From the NCBI GenBank assembly GCA_002774875.1, contig PCYM01000010.1, forward strand, positions 8,645 through 72,644: a DNA stretch of 64,000 nucleotides, written 5' to 3'. Shown piece by piece: positions 10,026 to 20,095 of this stretch. The stretch's first letter is position 1. Every line of letters starts with the position of its first letter. The notes beneath the pieces were generated by a model, which was not told the origin of the DNA, did no database searches, and saw nothing but the letters and a program-made list of their open reading frames with translations. A program made the position numbers and the translations under genes. The stretch comes from Candidatus Uhrbacteria bacterium CG10_big_fil_rev_8_21_14_0_10_50_16. Its GTDB lineage: Bacteria; Patescibacteriota; Patescibacteriia; UBA9934; UBA11717.

Positions 10026-11825
10026 ATGACAAAGTGTCTCAAGGTTTTTACAGGTGTCGCCTTTATGAGTTTGTGTGCGTTATTACTCGTACCGTCTGTC
10101 ATGCAGGGACGCGTTGCGGATGTCGTGTGGCAACCGTTTACCACAACGGTGGAGCAAAGCTCGCAAGCGTTGTCTGTAGCGCGCGTACAGTTGCCGCAGT
10201 CTCTGGACCGACTTCAGCGGATTCAGGGGGTTTTGGTTGCGATTATGTACCCAACAGGCTGTGCGAATATCGACTGCCCAACACGCGATGTCGCTGTAAT
10301 GCGCGATGGCCAACTCAAAGTGGTGTCGGAGATTCCCGTGTCCGCATTGGAGTCGGAACGTGTATTGGATAGTCATGGACGCGTACTCTGGACCCAGAGG
10401 GGTAAGAGCAGTGCACGATTTAATGTGCAGGAGTTGAATCTGGAAACGGCATCGGTCTCTACGTTGGCGCGTGATGTGTTTTTGGGTGATACGTCTGAGG
10501 CGCGCGTGCGCGCAGCAAATGGGAAGCTGTATTTTGAAGTGTACGGATTGCAGGAGCTCGCACCCGGGATTGTGCCGGTGATGATTCGAGAAAGCCAATC
10601 GAACGAGAACTTTAGTGAGACGTTGGTGATGAATCAGCAGTGGCGTAAGTCGCTTGAGGAGATTCAGGATGTGGATGCGCAAGGCCGTATTTTAACGCGA
10701 CTGACGTTTCCAAGCGGAGATCAGGAGCTTTGGTATCATCAACGTACGGTTGAACGAGGAACATTTCCGAAACCACAGAGTGTTGCCGTTGAGGGAAGCT
10801 ACACGATCGATGGACACCTGGTGGGAGTCCATTTTGTGGATGCCGATACAATTGAATTTTTCCGCTATCAAACATTGATGCGCTATACCATTTCTACGGG
10901 TACACTTACAGATTTGGGAGAACGCCTCCATTGGGTAGAGGGGACGGGCTCGCAGGAGGCATTGGTGATTACGGCGGGGGAGATGCTGTATTTTGTGGGA
11001 GAAGATGCAACAGGTGGAACACAGATCAAGGTGCGACACGGAGGTGTTACGACAATCTTAGGTGCTGCAGATTCAACAGGACTGTGGATTGATGATGGAT
11101 TGGTTACGGCGGCGACAACAACCACATACATGTCTCCTACAAGCGGATCAACCGTTTCTCGTTTCGTGAACGAGCTCGAGGCACAAACGGGTGCGTCCAA
11201 ACATGCTTTTGCGGGTGCGATGGATTTGGAGGTCCTAGGTGCTTCATTCATCTATATCGATGGTGCTGGGACGATTCATTGGAACACGACCAACGCGCGT
11301 GATGAGACCGTGTCTGCCGTGGTAGGAACAGGATCGCGTGCGTATCTCGTTAGTGAAACAGAGGTGATGTGGGTAGGATTTGATGGTGTATTGCGACGTG
11401 CAATTGTGCGACCGGCGGCGATTGGATCTATCGCACAACCCACGTTTTATAAGACAGCGACAAGCTCCACTGTCTACCTGGTGCAGGACGGGAAGCGCTG
11501 GATTGTTCCAAATGAACAAACCTACTTTACTTGGGCGTCTACGTTTGACGGAGTCCAGACCATCGGTGCCGCGGTGTTGAATAGCAATACCAATGCCGGA
11601 TACCTGCAGATGAAGCCAGGGACATTGATCAAGACGGCCACGAGCAAACATGTGATGGTGCTGTGGGATGATTGGCACAAACAACGGATTGCCAATGAAG
11701 CCGTGGCGTTAGCGATTTTTGGCGAGCGTTGGTGGCAGCAGATCGTGGTAGTGGATCCAACGGTTATGAATCAATATGTTGAGCGTCCGAGTGCCATTGA
11801 ATCAGTGGAGCAGTACGTTCGATAG
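10026..11825 (+). CDS. Exported protein with C-terminal repeats of a type common in CPR surface proteins
   Basis: Signal peptide, beta-rich body, two repeats (KTATSSTVYLVQDGKRWIVPNEQTYFTW; PGTLIKTATSKHV...IANEAVALAIFG). Confidence 0.7.
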   Translation: MTKCLKVFTGVAFMSLCALLLVPSVMQGRVADVVWQPFTTTVEQSSQALSVARVQLPQSLDRLQRIQGVLVAIMYPTGCANIDCPTRDVAVMRDGQLKVVSEIPVSALESERVLDSHGRVLWTQRGKSSARFNVQELNLETASVSTLARDVFLGDTSEARVRAANGKLYFEVYGLQELAPGIVPVMIRESQSNENFSETLVMNQQWRKSLEEIQDVDAQGRILTRLTFPSGDQELWYHQRTVERGTFPKPQSVAVEGSYTIDGHLVGVHFVDADTIEFFRYQTLMRYTISTGTLTDLGERLHWVEGTGSQEALVITAGEMLYFVGEDATGGTQIKVRHGGVTTILGAADSTGLWIDDGLVTAATTTTYMSPTSGSTVSRFVNELEAQTGASKHAFAGAMDLEVLGASFIYIDGAGTIHWNTTNARDETVSAVVGTGSRAYLVSETEVMWVGFDGVLRRAIVRPAAIGSIAQPTFYKTATSSTVYLVQDGKRWIVPNEQTYFTWASTFDGVQTIGAAVLNSNTNAGYLQMKPGTLIKTATSKHVMVLWDDWHKQRIANEAVALAIFGERWWQQIVVVDPTVMNQYVERPSAIESVEQYVR

Positions 11826-11832
11826 ATCGTTA

Positions 11833-11863
11833 CAAAAACACCCGCGCACGTGGGTGTTTTTTG
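11833..11863 (+). terminator. Bidirectional-type intrinsic terminator
   Basis: CAAAAACACCC-GCGCACGT-GGGTGTTTTTTG. Confidence 0.7.
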
Positions 11864-11916
11864 ATTCATTGACAACACACCGGGATCACGATAGAAAGAA
11901 GCGGAAGGAGGTGCAC

Positions 11917-12078
11917 ATGCACAAGCAACCACAGGGTGAGATGACCGCAGAAGAACGCCAGTCCTGGGAGAGCTTCCGTGAGTTGATGGAGGCCGCCGCA
12001 TGGATGGTGGGCGGGCCAATTGTGGTGTTTCTGCTCGCGAGCGCGACTCTGATGACGATCGCTCGGCTGCTGGCGTGA
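11917..12078 (+). CDS. Small single-TM protein (53 aa)
   Basis: TTGACA at 11869, SD AAGGAGGT, hydrophobic C-terminus. Confidence 0.55.
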   Translation: MHKQPQGEMTAEERQSWESFRELMEAAAWMVGGPIVVFLLASATLMTIARLLA

Positions 12079-12254
12079 GTGCTGCCATGTCGCACGATCG
12101 GCGATCCTGTGAACGCCCGACCGAGGCACTCCAGAGACAAGACGACGAGAGTACAACCGCCTGGGGGAGTATGGCGGTGCGACTAGGTCTTGTTGCCGTC
12201 TTGCTGCTCTTTGCCATCATCTTTGGCGCGTTGATCGTCCCCTTGATCTCGTAG
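12075..12254 (+). CDS. Small single-TM protein, coupled to the previous ORF
   Basis: GTGA start/stop overlap (alternative ATG at 12087); C-terminal TM LGLVAVLLLFAIIFGALIV. Confidence 0.5.
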   Translation: MSAAMSHDRRSCERPTEALQRQDDESTTAWGSMAVRLGLVAVLLLFAIIFGALIVPLIS

Positions 12255-12298
12255 TCGCCAACAAAAAACCCGCACCATCTCTGGCGCGGGCTCCATTT

Positions 12299-12763
12299 TT
12301 ATTTGACTTCCTTCATGCGACGCTTGGTCTTGCCCTTGCGCAAGAACCAGAGCTTTGCACGGCGAACGCGAAGTGTTTTGACAATCTCGACTTTCTCCAC
12401 GTGTGGGGAGGAAAGCGGGTAGATCTTCTCCACGCCGATCTCGCCTGTCACCTTACGCACGGTCATCGTACGAGTGATTCCGGATCCGTTTAATCCAAGG
12501 AGTGTTCCTTCAAACACCTGTACGCGCTGTCGCTCCTCTCCCTTTGCGTTGGTGTCCTTAATGATCTCGTGAACACGGATCACCATTCCTGGCTTAAGAT
12601 CACGATGTGGCATGGTGACCACCTCTACCTCGGGTTCTACCGCTTCCTCAACGGGTGCCTTTGCAACTTCCTCTGCAGGTGTTGCTGCTTCCTCTGTTGG
12701 AGTTTCCTCTACCGCCTCCTCTGGGGCTACTTGATCCTCTGTCTTGTTTGATTCGTCGCTCAT
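12299..12763 (-). CDS. rplS: 50S ribosomal protein L19 with acidic N-terminal extension
   Basis: ERQRVQVFEG, TVRKVTGEIGVEKIYPLSSP, VRRAKLWFLR. Confidence 0.96.
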   Translation of the reverse strand: MSDESNKTEDQVAPEEAVEETPTEEAATPAEEVAKAPVEEAVEPEVEVVTMPHRDLKPGMVIRVHEIIKDTNAKGEERQRVQVFEGTLLGLNGSGITRTMTVRKVTGEIGVEKIYPLSSPHVEKVEIVKTLRVRRAKLWFLRKGKTKRRMKEVK

Positions 12764-12788
12764 ATAGATATTTCGATGTGGCGTTAAT

Positions 12789-13340
12789 CTACGCTATCGT
12801 GCCCATTTTGTCAATAATCTGCTGTGCTACCTCCTCTGGCGCCGTGTGCGTAGTGTCGATAATCAGGTCAAAATTGGCCGGATTATCGTAGGTTACGTCA
12901 TAATACTCTTTAAAACGCTTGTTTTCCGACGCTACCCGTAGGCGAGCAAGTTCCTGGGCTTCTTCTACGTTTTTGTAGGGAACCTCGTTTGGTCTGGCTC
13001 CCGTACTGGCGTGGGCAAAGATGCGTTTTGCTCCCTCAGCTGGGTCTACACCGAGGAACACTTTGAATGATTGTGGGATGGCATACCAGGAAAGTCGTCC
13101 GTCAACAATAAAGTTATCTTCCGTTTTTCCGAGGTTGGTTTGATACCCCTCTACCATGCGATCGTGCGCGTCCTCCTGCTCTTCCTCGGCGTTCCATTCG
13201 TTGAGTGTCATGCCATTCTGTTCCGCGAGTGTTCGTTGAAAATCTCCCATTGAGTAGCGCTTGTAGCCAAGCTTACCGCTCAAGAGTTTTCCGACGGTGG
13301 ATTTTCCGGACCCTGGGTATCCGGAGAGAGTGATGATCAT
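12789..13340 (-). CDS. cmk: Cytidylate kinase (short archaeal-type)
   Basis: MIITLSGYPGSGKST, DGRLS, KVFL, FDLIIDT. Confidence 0.85.
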   Translation of the reverse strand: MIITLSGYPGSGKSTVGKLLSGKLGYKRYSMGDFQRTLAEQNGMTLNEWNAEEEQEDAHDRMVEGYQTNLGKTEDNFIVDGRLSWYAIPQSFKVFLGVDPAEGAKRIFAHASTGARPNEVPYKNVEEAQELARLRVASENKRFKEYYDVTYDNPANFDLIIDTTHTAPEEVAQQIIDKMGTIA

Positions 13341-13346
13341 AGCGCG

Positions 13347-14312
13347 TTAGATTTTGTGAAGTCGATCCGTGAGTTCGGTAAGCTCGGGCGGGATGGGTGC
13401 GTCGAACGTGCGTGCCTCGGTCTCTCCGGGGAGTGCGAGCGTGAGTTGATATGCGTGGAGCCACAAACGTGGGAAGGGAATTTGTTTGACGCTCTTAATC
13501 ACATAGAGCGGATCGCCGACCACAGGGTTTCCAAGCGCATGAAAGTGCGCGCGGATTTGGTGGGTACGCCCGGTGTGTAAATCGACATCGACCTCCGTTG
13601 CATTGGCGTAACGTTGAATTACCTCGTAGTCGGTGCTGGCATCTTTACCTTCTTGTGACTCAGGTCGTGCCACCATACGTCCGGCGGATTTGGAGCGTAT
13701 GATTTTAAACAGCACGGTGTCGTAATCCTTTTGAAGTGATCCGGCAACAAGCGCACGATATTTTTTGTAAACAAACCGTTTTTGAAACTTGTGTTTGAGA
13801 TCTAAGAACGCCTCTTGATTTTTTGCAGCGATCATAACGCCAGAGGTCATACGGTCCAATCGATGCACGATTCCTGCACGCTCCTCGGGTTTATCTCCCA
13901 CTGTGGCCATTGCTGGCACATAGTCCACAAGCGCGTCCATAAGTGAGTACTCGTTGGAGGAAGGTGTAGGGTGAACCAGTACGCCGGCGGCCTTGTTGAG
14001 CACAATGACGTCGTCGTTTTCAAAGAGAATGTTAAGCGTTGGCAGGGTACCCTTTTTTTCCATTGGGTCCGCATCGGTAACGGTCTCATCTTTTTCGTAT
14101 GGAAAGCGCATGTCGGCAACCTCCACCACATCGCCCACCTGTAAAAACTCGTGGGGAACGTAGGTGGTATCCTCATTGATTTCTACACCAGACTGTTTAA
14201 TGTATTTTTGTACCTTTGCACGAGAGGTTTCGCCGACGCGTGCCAAAAAAACGTCCAAGCGGGCATCTTTGTCGATGGCGTCGATGGTAAATTGTCCAAC
14301 ATGTGATTCCAT
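13347..14312 (-). CDS. RluA/RluD-family pseudouridine synthase
   Basis: S4-like RLDVFL, GIVHRLDRMTSG, TGRTHQIRAH, GDPLY, LHA. Confidence 0.95.
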   Translation of the reverse strand: MESHVGQFTIDAIDKDARLDVFLARVGETSRAKVQKYIKQSGVEINEDTTYVPHEFLQVGDVVEVADMRFPYEKDETVTDADPMEKKGTLPTLNILFENDDVIVLNKAAGVLVHPTPSSNEYSLMDALVDYVPAMATVGDKPEERAGIVHRLDRMTSGVMIAAKNQEAFLDLKHKFQKRFVYKKYRALVAGSLQKDYDTVLFKIIRSKSAGRMVARPESQEGKDASTDYEVIQRYANATEVDVDLHTGRTHQIRAHFHALGNPVVGDPLYVIKSVKQIPFPRLWLHAYQLTLALPGETEARTFDAPIPPELTELTDRLHKI

Positions 14313-14381
14313 ACCAGCGACAGATTATTGGGATTCTAAGTGGGTACTTGCCCCAAACAAGGCATAACGTGCCAAGTGGGG

Positions 14382-14457
14382 TGGTAGGCCCGGCAGGAAT
14401 CGAACCTGCAACCACAGAGGTATAAGCTCTGTGCTCTAACCGTTGAGCTACGGGCCC
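14382..14457 (-). tRNA. tRNA-Ile(UAU)
   Basis: GGGCCCG TAGCTCAACGGTTAGAGC A CAGAG-CTTATAC-CTCTG ... TTCGATT ... CGGGCCT ACCA; anticodon TAT. Confidence 0.92.
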
Positions 14458-14550
14458 ATGGGCTTGAATCTAGCGCATATTGGACAATTTTTCAAGGTGT
14501 GGAGTAATTTTTGTCTTGTTTGATGGATTATCTGCTATACTTGTCTCCAC

Positions 14551-14952
14551 ATGACCGCCGAACTTGGAACATTCTTAGTGTCACTAACTGTCCTCTGGTT
14601 TTTGGTGTATTGGATTTTTGGGGGCGTGGTGTTTGCCATTATCAGTCTTGTGCGGCCGGGTAAAATGAAGCGCGTGCGGTTTAGTTGTCTCTATTCTATC
14701 TTCTCGGCGTTCATTGCCTACCAGGCAGCAAAATTGGGAATTTTGTGGGCATCGGCGGCAACAGGGAATATCCCACAATCGTCATCATTAAGTGAAGCGA
14801 TTGTGGTTATGGGAGGGCTCGGCTTTGTTGGGATCTTGCTGGGGCTTATGGCCGGGTTTGTGGTGTTGTTTATCGGGGGTTGGATTATTATGTTGTTTTC
14901 CCGCAGTCAAGAAAAAACCTGGTACGACCGTGTAACAGATAAGGGAGAGTAA
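14551..14952 (+). CDS. Hypothetical membrane protein
   Basis: About three TM segments; extended -10 TGCTATACT just upstream. Confidence 0.75.
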   Translation: MTAELGTFLVSLTVLWFLVYWIFGGVVFAIISLVRPGKMKRVRFSCLYSIFSAFIAYQAAKLGILWASAATGNIPQSSSLSEAIVVMGGLGFVGILLGLMAGFVVLFIGGWIIMLFSRSQEKTWYDRVTDKGE

Positions 14953-15025
14953 TAAAGAGATTGACCGGAATAATTTTGCGTGATACCTTGCGGTCGATCC
15001 ACGCGGATACAAGAGCAGAATACAG

Positions 15026-15102
15026 GGGCGTATAGCTCAGTTGGTTAGAGCGCCACATTGACATTGTGGAGGTCTCCGGTTCGAGTCCGGGTACGCCCAC
15101 CA
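15026..15102 (+). tRNA. tRNA-Val(GAC)
   Basis: Cloverleaf with CCACA-TTGACAT-TGTGG, TTCGAGT, CCA. Confidence 0.96.
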
Positions 15103-15235
15103 CGTCGTTCGCGAACGATGTGGCCCACCATTTAGAAATACCGAGCAAGGCTCGTTATTTTTTTTGTTTAAAAAATGTACCTCCACGCCGGCAGATGGCC
15201 AGCGCAGGGAGAAGGGGACGGGAACTCGTTGTTAG

Positions 15236-15526
15236 TCAGGCCTGGTCGGAGTCGGACGTCTTGAGCTTGTTGAGCAGCAGTACGGCCTGCATCTGCAGGA
15301 ACTCCGGAGTCACGTCCAACAGCGCGGCGCAGATCGCGAGGTCTTCTATCCGCATCCTATAGGTCATGTAGGTGAGCTCGCGCTCTCGGACTATGATCTG
15401 CGCCGCGCTGTTTGCCCCACTCTCACCATTGACGCTCGTCGGCGGGCAGGGTATAGTGCTCTCTTCGTCAAAAACGATCGATACAAAGGCATTTATGCCT
15501 GTAGAGAACGGATAGGCGTACCGCAC
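15236..15526 (-). pseudogene. Possible remnant of a small HTH (XRE-like) gene
   Basis: C-terminal RIEDLAICAALLDVTPEFL resembles an XRE C-terminal helix. No convincing start; contains a perfect 18-bp inverted repeat. Confidence 0.3.
15429..15457 (+). promoter_or_regulatory. Sigma70-type promoter upstream of the DHH-valS-tyrS-argS run
   Basis: TTGACG-17 bp-TATAGT. Confidence 0.55.
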
Positions 15527-15593
15527 GACGGCGAAGAATCCCAGAGTGCGATCTGGCGGGGAGAGAGATGGAAGCTAGTATCTATAGTGAAAC

Positions 15594-16739
15594 ATGGCAC
15601 TTCCACGAAACGAACAAACCTTAGAACTCATGAAACGGGCTCAGCGGCCGGTGATTGTGTTAGCACAAGGATCGGGCGTGGATGGGTATGTCACGGGGTT
15701 TGCGTGTCAGCAGATTCTCAATCAACTCGGAAAGGTCTCGGACATTGTGGCGGCAGACGGTCCGGCGCCCAAAACGCTTGATTTTCTCCACATACTAGAA
15801 CGCGTGCGTCCAACGTTTGGGCAGTTGCGCAAGTTTGTGGTGTCGGTGGATTTGTCCAAGGCTCCACTCGATGAATTATCCTACAACGTAGAAGATCACG
15901 AATTACAAATCTTCCTTACACCAAAAGACGGCATCTGGTCTGAGGCAGACATCAAGACGCACACAAGCACCTTCCGATACGATTTGATTTTAGTTGTCGG
16001 CGCTGCCTCGTTGGACGGACTAGGCGAGCTCTATACCAAACACAGTGAATTTTTTTATGAGACACCGATGATTAACATCGACCATGTCGCGGCGAATGAA
16101 CATTTTGGTCAGGTGAACGTGGTAGATTTAACGGCAACCAGTTCGGCCGAGGTGCTGCTTACCCAAATTGACGAGTGGCCAAGTATCGCCATGACAGAGG
16201 ATTTGGCGACGATGTTGCTCACGGGAATGATTGCCAAAACGCAGAGTTTTAAAACAGCCACGGTCACGCCAAAGACGCTCAAACGTGCAAGCGCCCTGTT
16301 GCGACAAGGAGCAAGACGCGAGGAGATTGTCGACAATCTTTACAGAACGCGATCAGTGGAGACCTTACGATTGTGGGGACGCGCGTTGGCGAGACTCAAA
16401 AACGACGAGCCGACGCGGCTTGTGTGGAGCGTGTTGTCGCAGCAAGATTTTATCCATGCCGGTGCGCGTGAAGAGGACTTGCCGGACGTGATTGAGGAGC
16501 TTATTAAGAATGCGCCTATGGCAGAAGTCGTTGTCTTGCTGTACGAGGATTATCAAAAACACATTTGTGGTCTTATCTCCACCCACCGTGGCATGGATAG
16601 CGTGGAGTTAGCGCTTCCGTTTAAGCCTACCGGTACCAGAGAACTCGCGCGTATTTGTTTTATGAACAAAACGATTGTTGAGGCGGAGAAGGTAGTGATA
16701 GAATCCATGAAGGAACGGATAAAAAAATTCCGCGTGTAA
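15594..16739 (+). CDS. DHH/NrnA-family phosphoesterase-like protein with degenerate motifs
   Basis: INIDHVAANEHFG, ATSSAEV, LLTGMIAKTQSF, LWGRAL. Confidence 0.8.
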   Translation: MALPRNEQTLELMKRAQRPVIVLAQGSGVDGYVTGFACQQILNQLGKVSDIVAADGPAPKTLDFLHILERVRPTFGQLRKFVVSVDLSKAPLDELSYNVEDHELQIFLTPKDGIWSEADIKTHTSTFRYDLILVVGAASLDGLGELYTKHSEFFYETPMINIDHVAANEHFGQVNVVDLTATSSAEVLLTQIDEWPSIAMTEDLATMLLTGMIAKTQSFKTATVTPKTLKRASALLRQGARREEIVDNLYRTRSVETLRLWGRALARLKNDEPTRLVWSVLSQQDFIHAGAREEDLPDVIEELIKNAPMAEVVVLLYEDYQKHICGLISTHRGMDSVELALPFKPTGTRELARICFMNKTIVEAEKVVIESMKERIKKFRV

Positions 16740-16740
16740 T

Positions 16741-17328
16741 ATGAAGATGGTGATTCGCTTTTTTTCAAAACCGGTGCTGCGTACATGGGCGTGGGTCTTT
16801 GGCCTTTTGGCTATTGTTTTGTCACACGCAAAGATTGCTTATTTTATTACGGAGGATAAGCGTGGACTCTTTATTTTGTCTACGATACTGGCGACGATTG
16901 GTGCGATCGTATGGTATGTCTATGTTCTCCGTTTTGTTTCAACGCGAACATGGAAATGGCTGCAATCAACGTTTTATACAAACGGGCACGTGTTTGCGCT
17001 CGTCGGATTGCTCTTGTTGTGGCTCAAAATTGGAAGTGATCTTCTATTTTTCTTTGGTGGAAGCACTCGCGGTTTTTTTGACGTTGTTTGGACGGTGATG
17101 TTCGTTGTTTTTTTGTGGCCGCTGGTTCCATTCGTGTGGTCGGCCGGCTATCTTGCTAATACGACGGAGATTGAATACAGCTGGCATGTTTTGGGTCACG
17201 ATGAATGGTCTCTATTTATTGTTGTTGGTGCCTTTTTGGCGATCACCATTGTGCCGATCGTGTGGGGAATCATTTTTTCCTTTACCGGATATTCGATCAA
17301 AAAGATTCGTGCGCGGGAAAAAGAATGA
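16741..17328 (+). CDS. Hypothetical multi-pass membrane protein
   Basis: About five hydrophobic segments; operonic spacing. Confidence 0.7.
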   Translation: MKMVIRFFSKPVLRTWAWVFGLLAIVLSHAKIAYFITEDKRGLFILSTILATIGAIVWYVYVLRFVSTRTWKWLQSTFYTNGHVFALVGLLLLWLKIGSDLLFFFGGSTRGFFDVVWTVMFVVFLWPLVPFVWSAGYLANTTEIEYSWHVLGHDEWSLFIVVGAFLAITIVPIVWGIIFSFTGYSIKKIRAREKE

Positions 17329-17397
17329 TTGTGTATCTCGGTCCTTGCGATTTTTGCCTGAGAAAGGTACATTTGGGAGGCTAAACCTAGAGAAATA

Positions 17398-20079
17398 GTG
17401 GATATGCCAGAGCTCCCAAAGGCCTACGAGCCATCAAAACAGGAAGATGAGATCGCCTTAAAAGAACGCGAAAGCGGTTTATATTCCCCAGAAAACCTCC
17501 CAGGTAATAGAACGGAGGTTTTTTCTATGGTCTTGCCACCGCCCAACGCCACAGGAACGCTCCACATGGGGCACGCCGTGATGTTGGCGATTCAAGATAT
17601 TTTGGTGCGGTTTGCACGTATGCAGGGAAAGAAAACCTTGTGGGTGCCAGGGACAGATCACGCGGCGATCGCCACACAGGTAAAGGTGGAAAAATTGTTA
17701 ATGAAGGAAGAAGGGAAGACACGTTTTGATTTGGGTCGCGAAGTATTTTTAGGTCGCGTGGATGCGTTTGTGGAGGAGAGTCGCGCAACCATCCAACACC
17801 AGGTTCGCAGCATGGGTTGCAGCATCGATTGGACGCGTGAGGCGTTTACGTTGGACGAGCCGCGGAACCTAGCCGTGCGAACCATGTTTAAAAAAATGTA
17901 CGACGATGGGCTCATTTATCGCGGGTACCGTGTGATCAACTGGGACCCGGTGGGGCAGACGGTGATCTCAGACGACGAGTTGGTGTCCAAGGAACGTGCA
18001 GGAAAACTCTACACATTCAAGTACAGCAAAGATTTTCCGATTACGATTGCAACCACACGGCCCGAGACAAAAGTGGGAGACACGGCGGTGGCGGTGCATC
18101 CAAGTGATGAACGATACAAAACGTTTGTTGGAAAAACGTTCAATGTTTTGTTCGCCGGCGCGGAATTGAAGATCAAAATTATTGCAGACGAAGAAGTAGA
18201 TCCAACATTTGGAACGGGAGCGCTTGGTGTGACGCCGGCACATAGTGTGATCGACGAGGGCATGGCAAAACGTCACAATCTGGAAATGATTCAGGTGATT
18301 GATGAGCAGGCGAACATGACCGAGGTGGCTGGCACGTTGGTTGCAGGTCTTCCTGTGTTAGAGGCGCGTGAGAATATTGTGGCGTGGTTAAAGGATGAAG
18401 GATTGTTGGAGGCTGAGGAGGAGACGACGCAGATGATTGCCACGGCAGAACGCACTGGTGCCGTTATTGAGCCTCTTCCAAAACTTCAATGGTTTGTGGA
18501 TGTGGAGAAAGAGTTTGCGTTTAAACAGTCTAAACATCACCCAATCTCGGCGTTAAATGATGGGGAAAAGGTGACGCTTAAATCGCTCATGCAGCACGTG
18601 GTGGAGACGAAGGAGGTAAAGATTGTCCCAGAATCGTTTGAGAAAACGTATTTTCATTGGATTAACAATCTGCGCCCTTGGTGTATTTCACGCCAGCTTT
18701 GGTACGGACATCGTGTGCCGGCTTGGTATAGGGGAGAAGATGTTTTTGTGGGAGTTGACGCGCCAGAAGGCGAAGGTTGGATACAGGATGAGGACACGCT
18801 CGACACCTGGTTTTCCGCGGGCATGTGGACGTTCTCCACACTCGGCTGGCCCAATGCGGACGCGCCTGATGTACAGATGTATCACCCAACAACCCTGTTG
18901 GAGACGGGCCGAGATATTTTGTTCTTCTGGGTGGCGCGCATGATTCTTATGTCCACGTATGCGCTCGGCGAGGTTCCGTTTAGATATGCGTATCTACACG
19001 GGATGGTGCGAGACGATCAAGGCCGCAAGATGAGTAAGTCATTGGACAACATCATTGATCCGCTGACCATGAAGGAAACGTATGGTGCCGATGCCACACG
19101 GTTGAGTCTTGTGGTGGGGTCGACTCCGGGGAATGACGTAAAACTTTCCGAGGAGAAGATTGCCGGCTTCCGCAACTTTGTGAATAAGCTATGGAACATT
19201 GCACGTTTTGTGTTCATGTCGGTGAGCGATGTGCACAAAATTGATTCAGCGCCCGCGCCTGTTACAGATGCAGATGCGTGGATTCTTTGGGAACTCAATC
19301 GGTTGATCGCAGGTATCCCATTTATGATTGGTGAGCCAAACTTTCAATTGTCGCTTGCTGCGGAACGATTACGAGATGTTACCTGGAGCGATTTTGCCGA
19401 CTGGTATGTGGAGGTGGCCAAGGTTCAACTGCAAGACCCGGCGCTTAAAGAGAGTACGGAGGATATGCTGCTCTATGTGTTGCAATGCCTCTTAAAAATG
19501 TGGCATCCCTACATGCCGTTTGTCACCACACGATTGTGGGAGGAATTTGGATCGGACAAGATGCTTCTTATTGAAGACTGGCCAGAGATTGTCTCGACAG
19601 ATACCAAATCACCTGCCGTGGTGAATTTTGAGAATGCAAAAGAGATCGTGACGGCGATTCGTGCAACGCGTGCGAGTTACAAGATTGATCCTGTAAAGAC
19701 CGTGGACGCGATTGTAACAGGTGAGACGGTGGACGCAATGACAGCGACGGTGGAGATCATTAAGCGACTGGGTCGCGTGGGTACGCTAACGTTGCGTGCA
19801 GGCGTGGAGCGGCCTGAGGGGTCTGTTTCTCTTGTCGCAGGCGGCCACACAATCTACATCCCACTCGCGGGCGTGATTGATCTTGCTGCCGAGAAAACGC
19901 GATTACAAGCGGAATTAGCCTCGGTTGAAGCCTATACCAAGAGCGTCGGTGCCAAACTCAACAATCAAGGATTCGTTGATAATGCACCCGCGGAAGCCGT
20001 GCAAAAAGAGCAAGAAAAACTTGCTGAGGCAACCGCGCGACGAGACGCTCTACAGCAGCAATTGGAAGCGTTCTCTTGA
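17398..20079 (+). CDS. valS: Valine--tRNA ligase
   Basis: PPPNATGTLHMGHA, PGTDHAAIATQ, WCISRQLWYGH, KMSKS, C-terminal coiled coil. Start may be ATG 17404. Confidence 0.98.
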   Translation: MDMPELPKAYEPSKQEDEIALKERESGLYSPENLPGNRTEVFSMVLPPPNATGTLHMGHAVMLAIQDILVRFARMQGKKTLWVPGTDHAAIATQVKVEKLLMKEEGKTRFDLGREVFLGRVDAFVEESRATIQHQVRSMGCSIDWTREAFTLDEPRNLAVRTMFKKMYDDGLIYRGYRVINWDPVGQTVISDDELVSKERAGKLYTFKYSKDFPITIATTRPETKVGDTAVAVHPSDERYKTFVGKTFNVLFAGAELKIKIIADEEVDPTFGTGALGVTPAHSVIDEGMAKRHNLEMIQVIDEQANMTEVAGTLVAGLPVLEARENIVAWLKDEGLLEAEEETTQMIATAERTGAVIEPLPKLQWFVDVEKEFAFKQSKHHPISALNDGEKVTLKSLMQHVVETKEVKIVPESFEKTYFHWINNLRPWCISRQLWYGHRVPAWYRGEDVFVGVDAPEGEGWIQDEDTLDTWFSAGMWTFSTLGWPNADAPDVQMYHPTTLLETGRDILFFWVARMILMSTYALGEVPFRYAYLHGMVRDDQGRKMSKSLDNIIDPLTMKETYGADATRLSLVVGSTPGNDVKLSEEKIAGFRNFVNKLWNIARFVFMSVSDVHKIDSAPAPVTDADAWILWELNRLIAGIPFMIGEPNFQLSLAAERLRDVTWSDFADWYVEVAKVQLQDPALKESTEDMLLYVLQCLLKMWHPYMPFVTTRLWEEFGSDKMLLIEDWPEIVSTDTKSPAVVNFENAKEIVTAIRATRASYKIDPVKTVDAIVTGETVDAMTATVEIIKRLGRVGTLTLRAGVERPEGSVSLVAGGHTIYIPLAGVIDLAAEKTRLQAELASVEAYTKSVGAKLNNQGFVDNAPAEAVQKEQEKLAEATARRDALQQQLEAFS

Positions 20080-20095
20080 TTATCACTCTCTTTTT

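Noticed and set aside
15458..15593. Riboswitch or T-box in the leader of the DHH-valS run
   Set aside because: Small hairpins exist, but I recognise no T-box (TGGNACCGCG with terminator) or other aptamer consensus.
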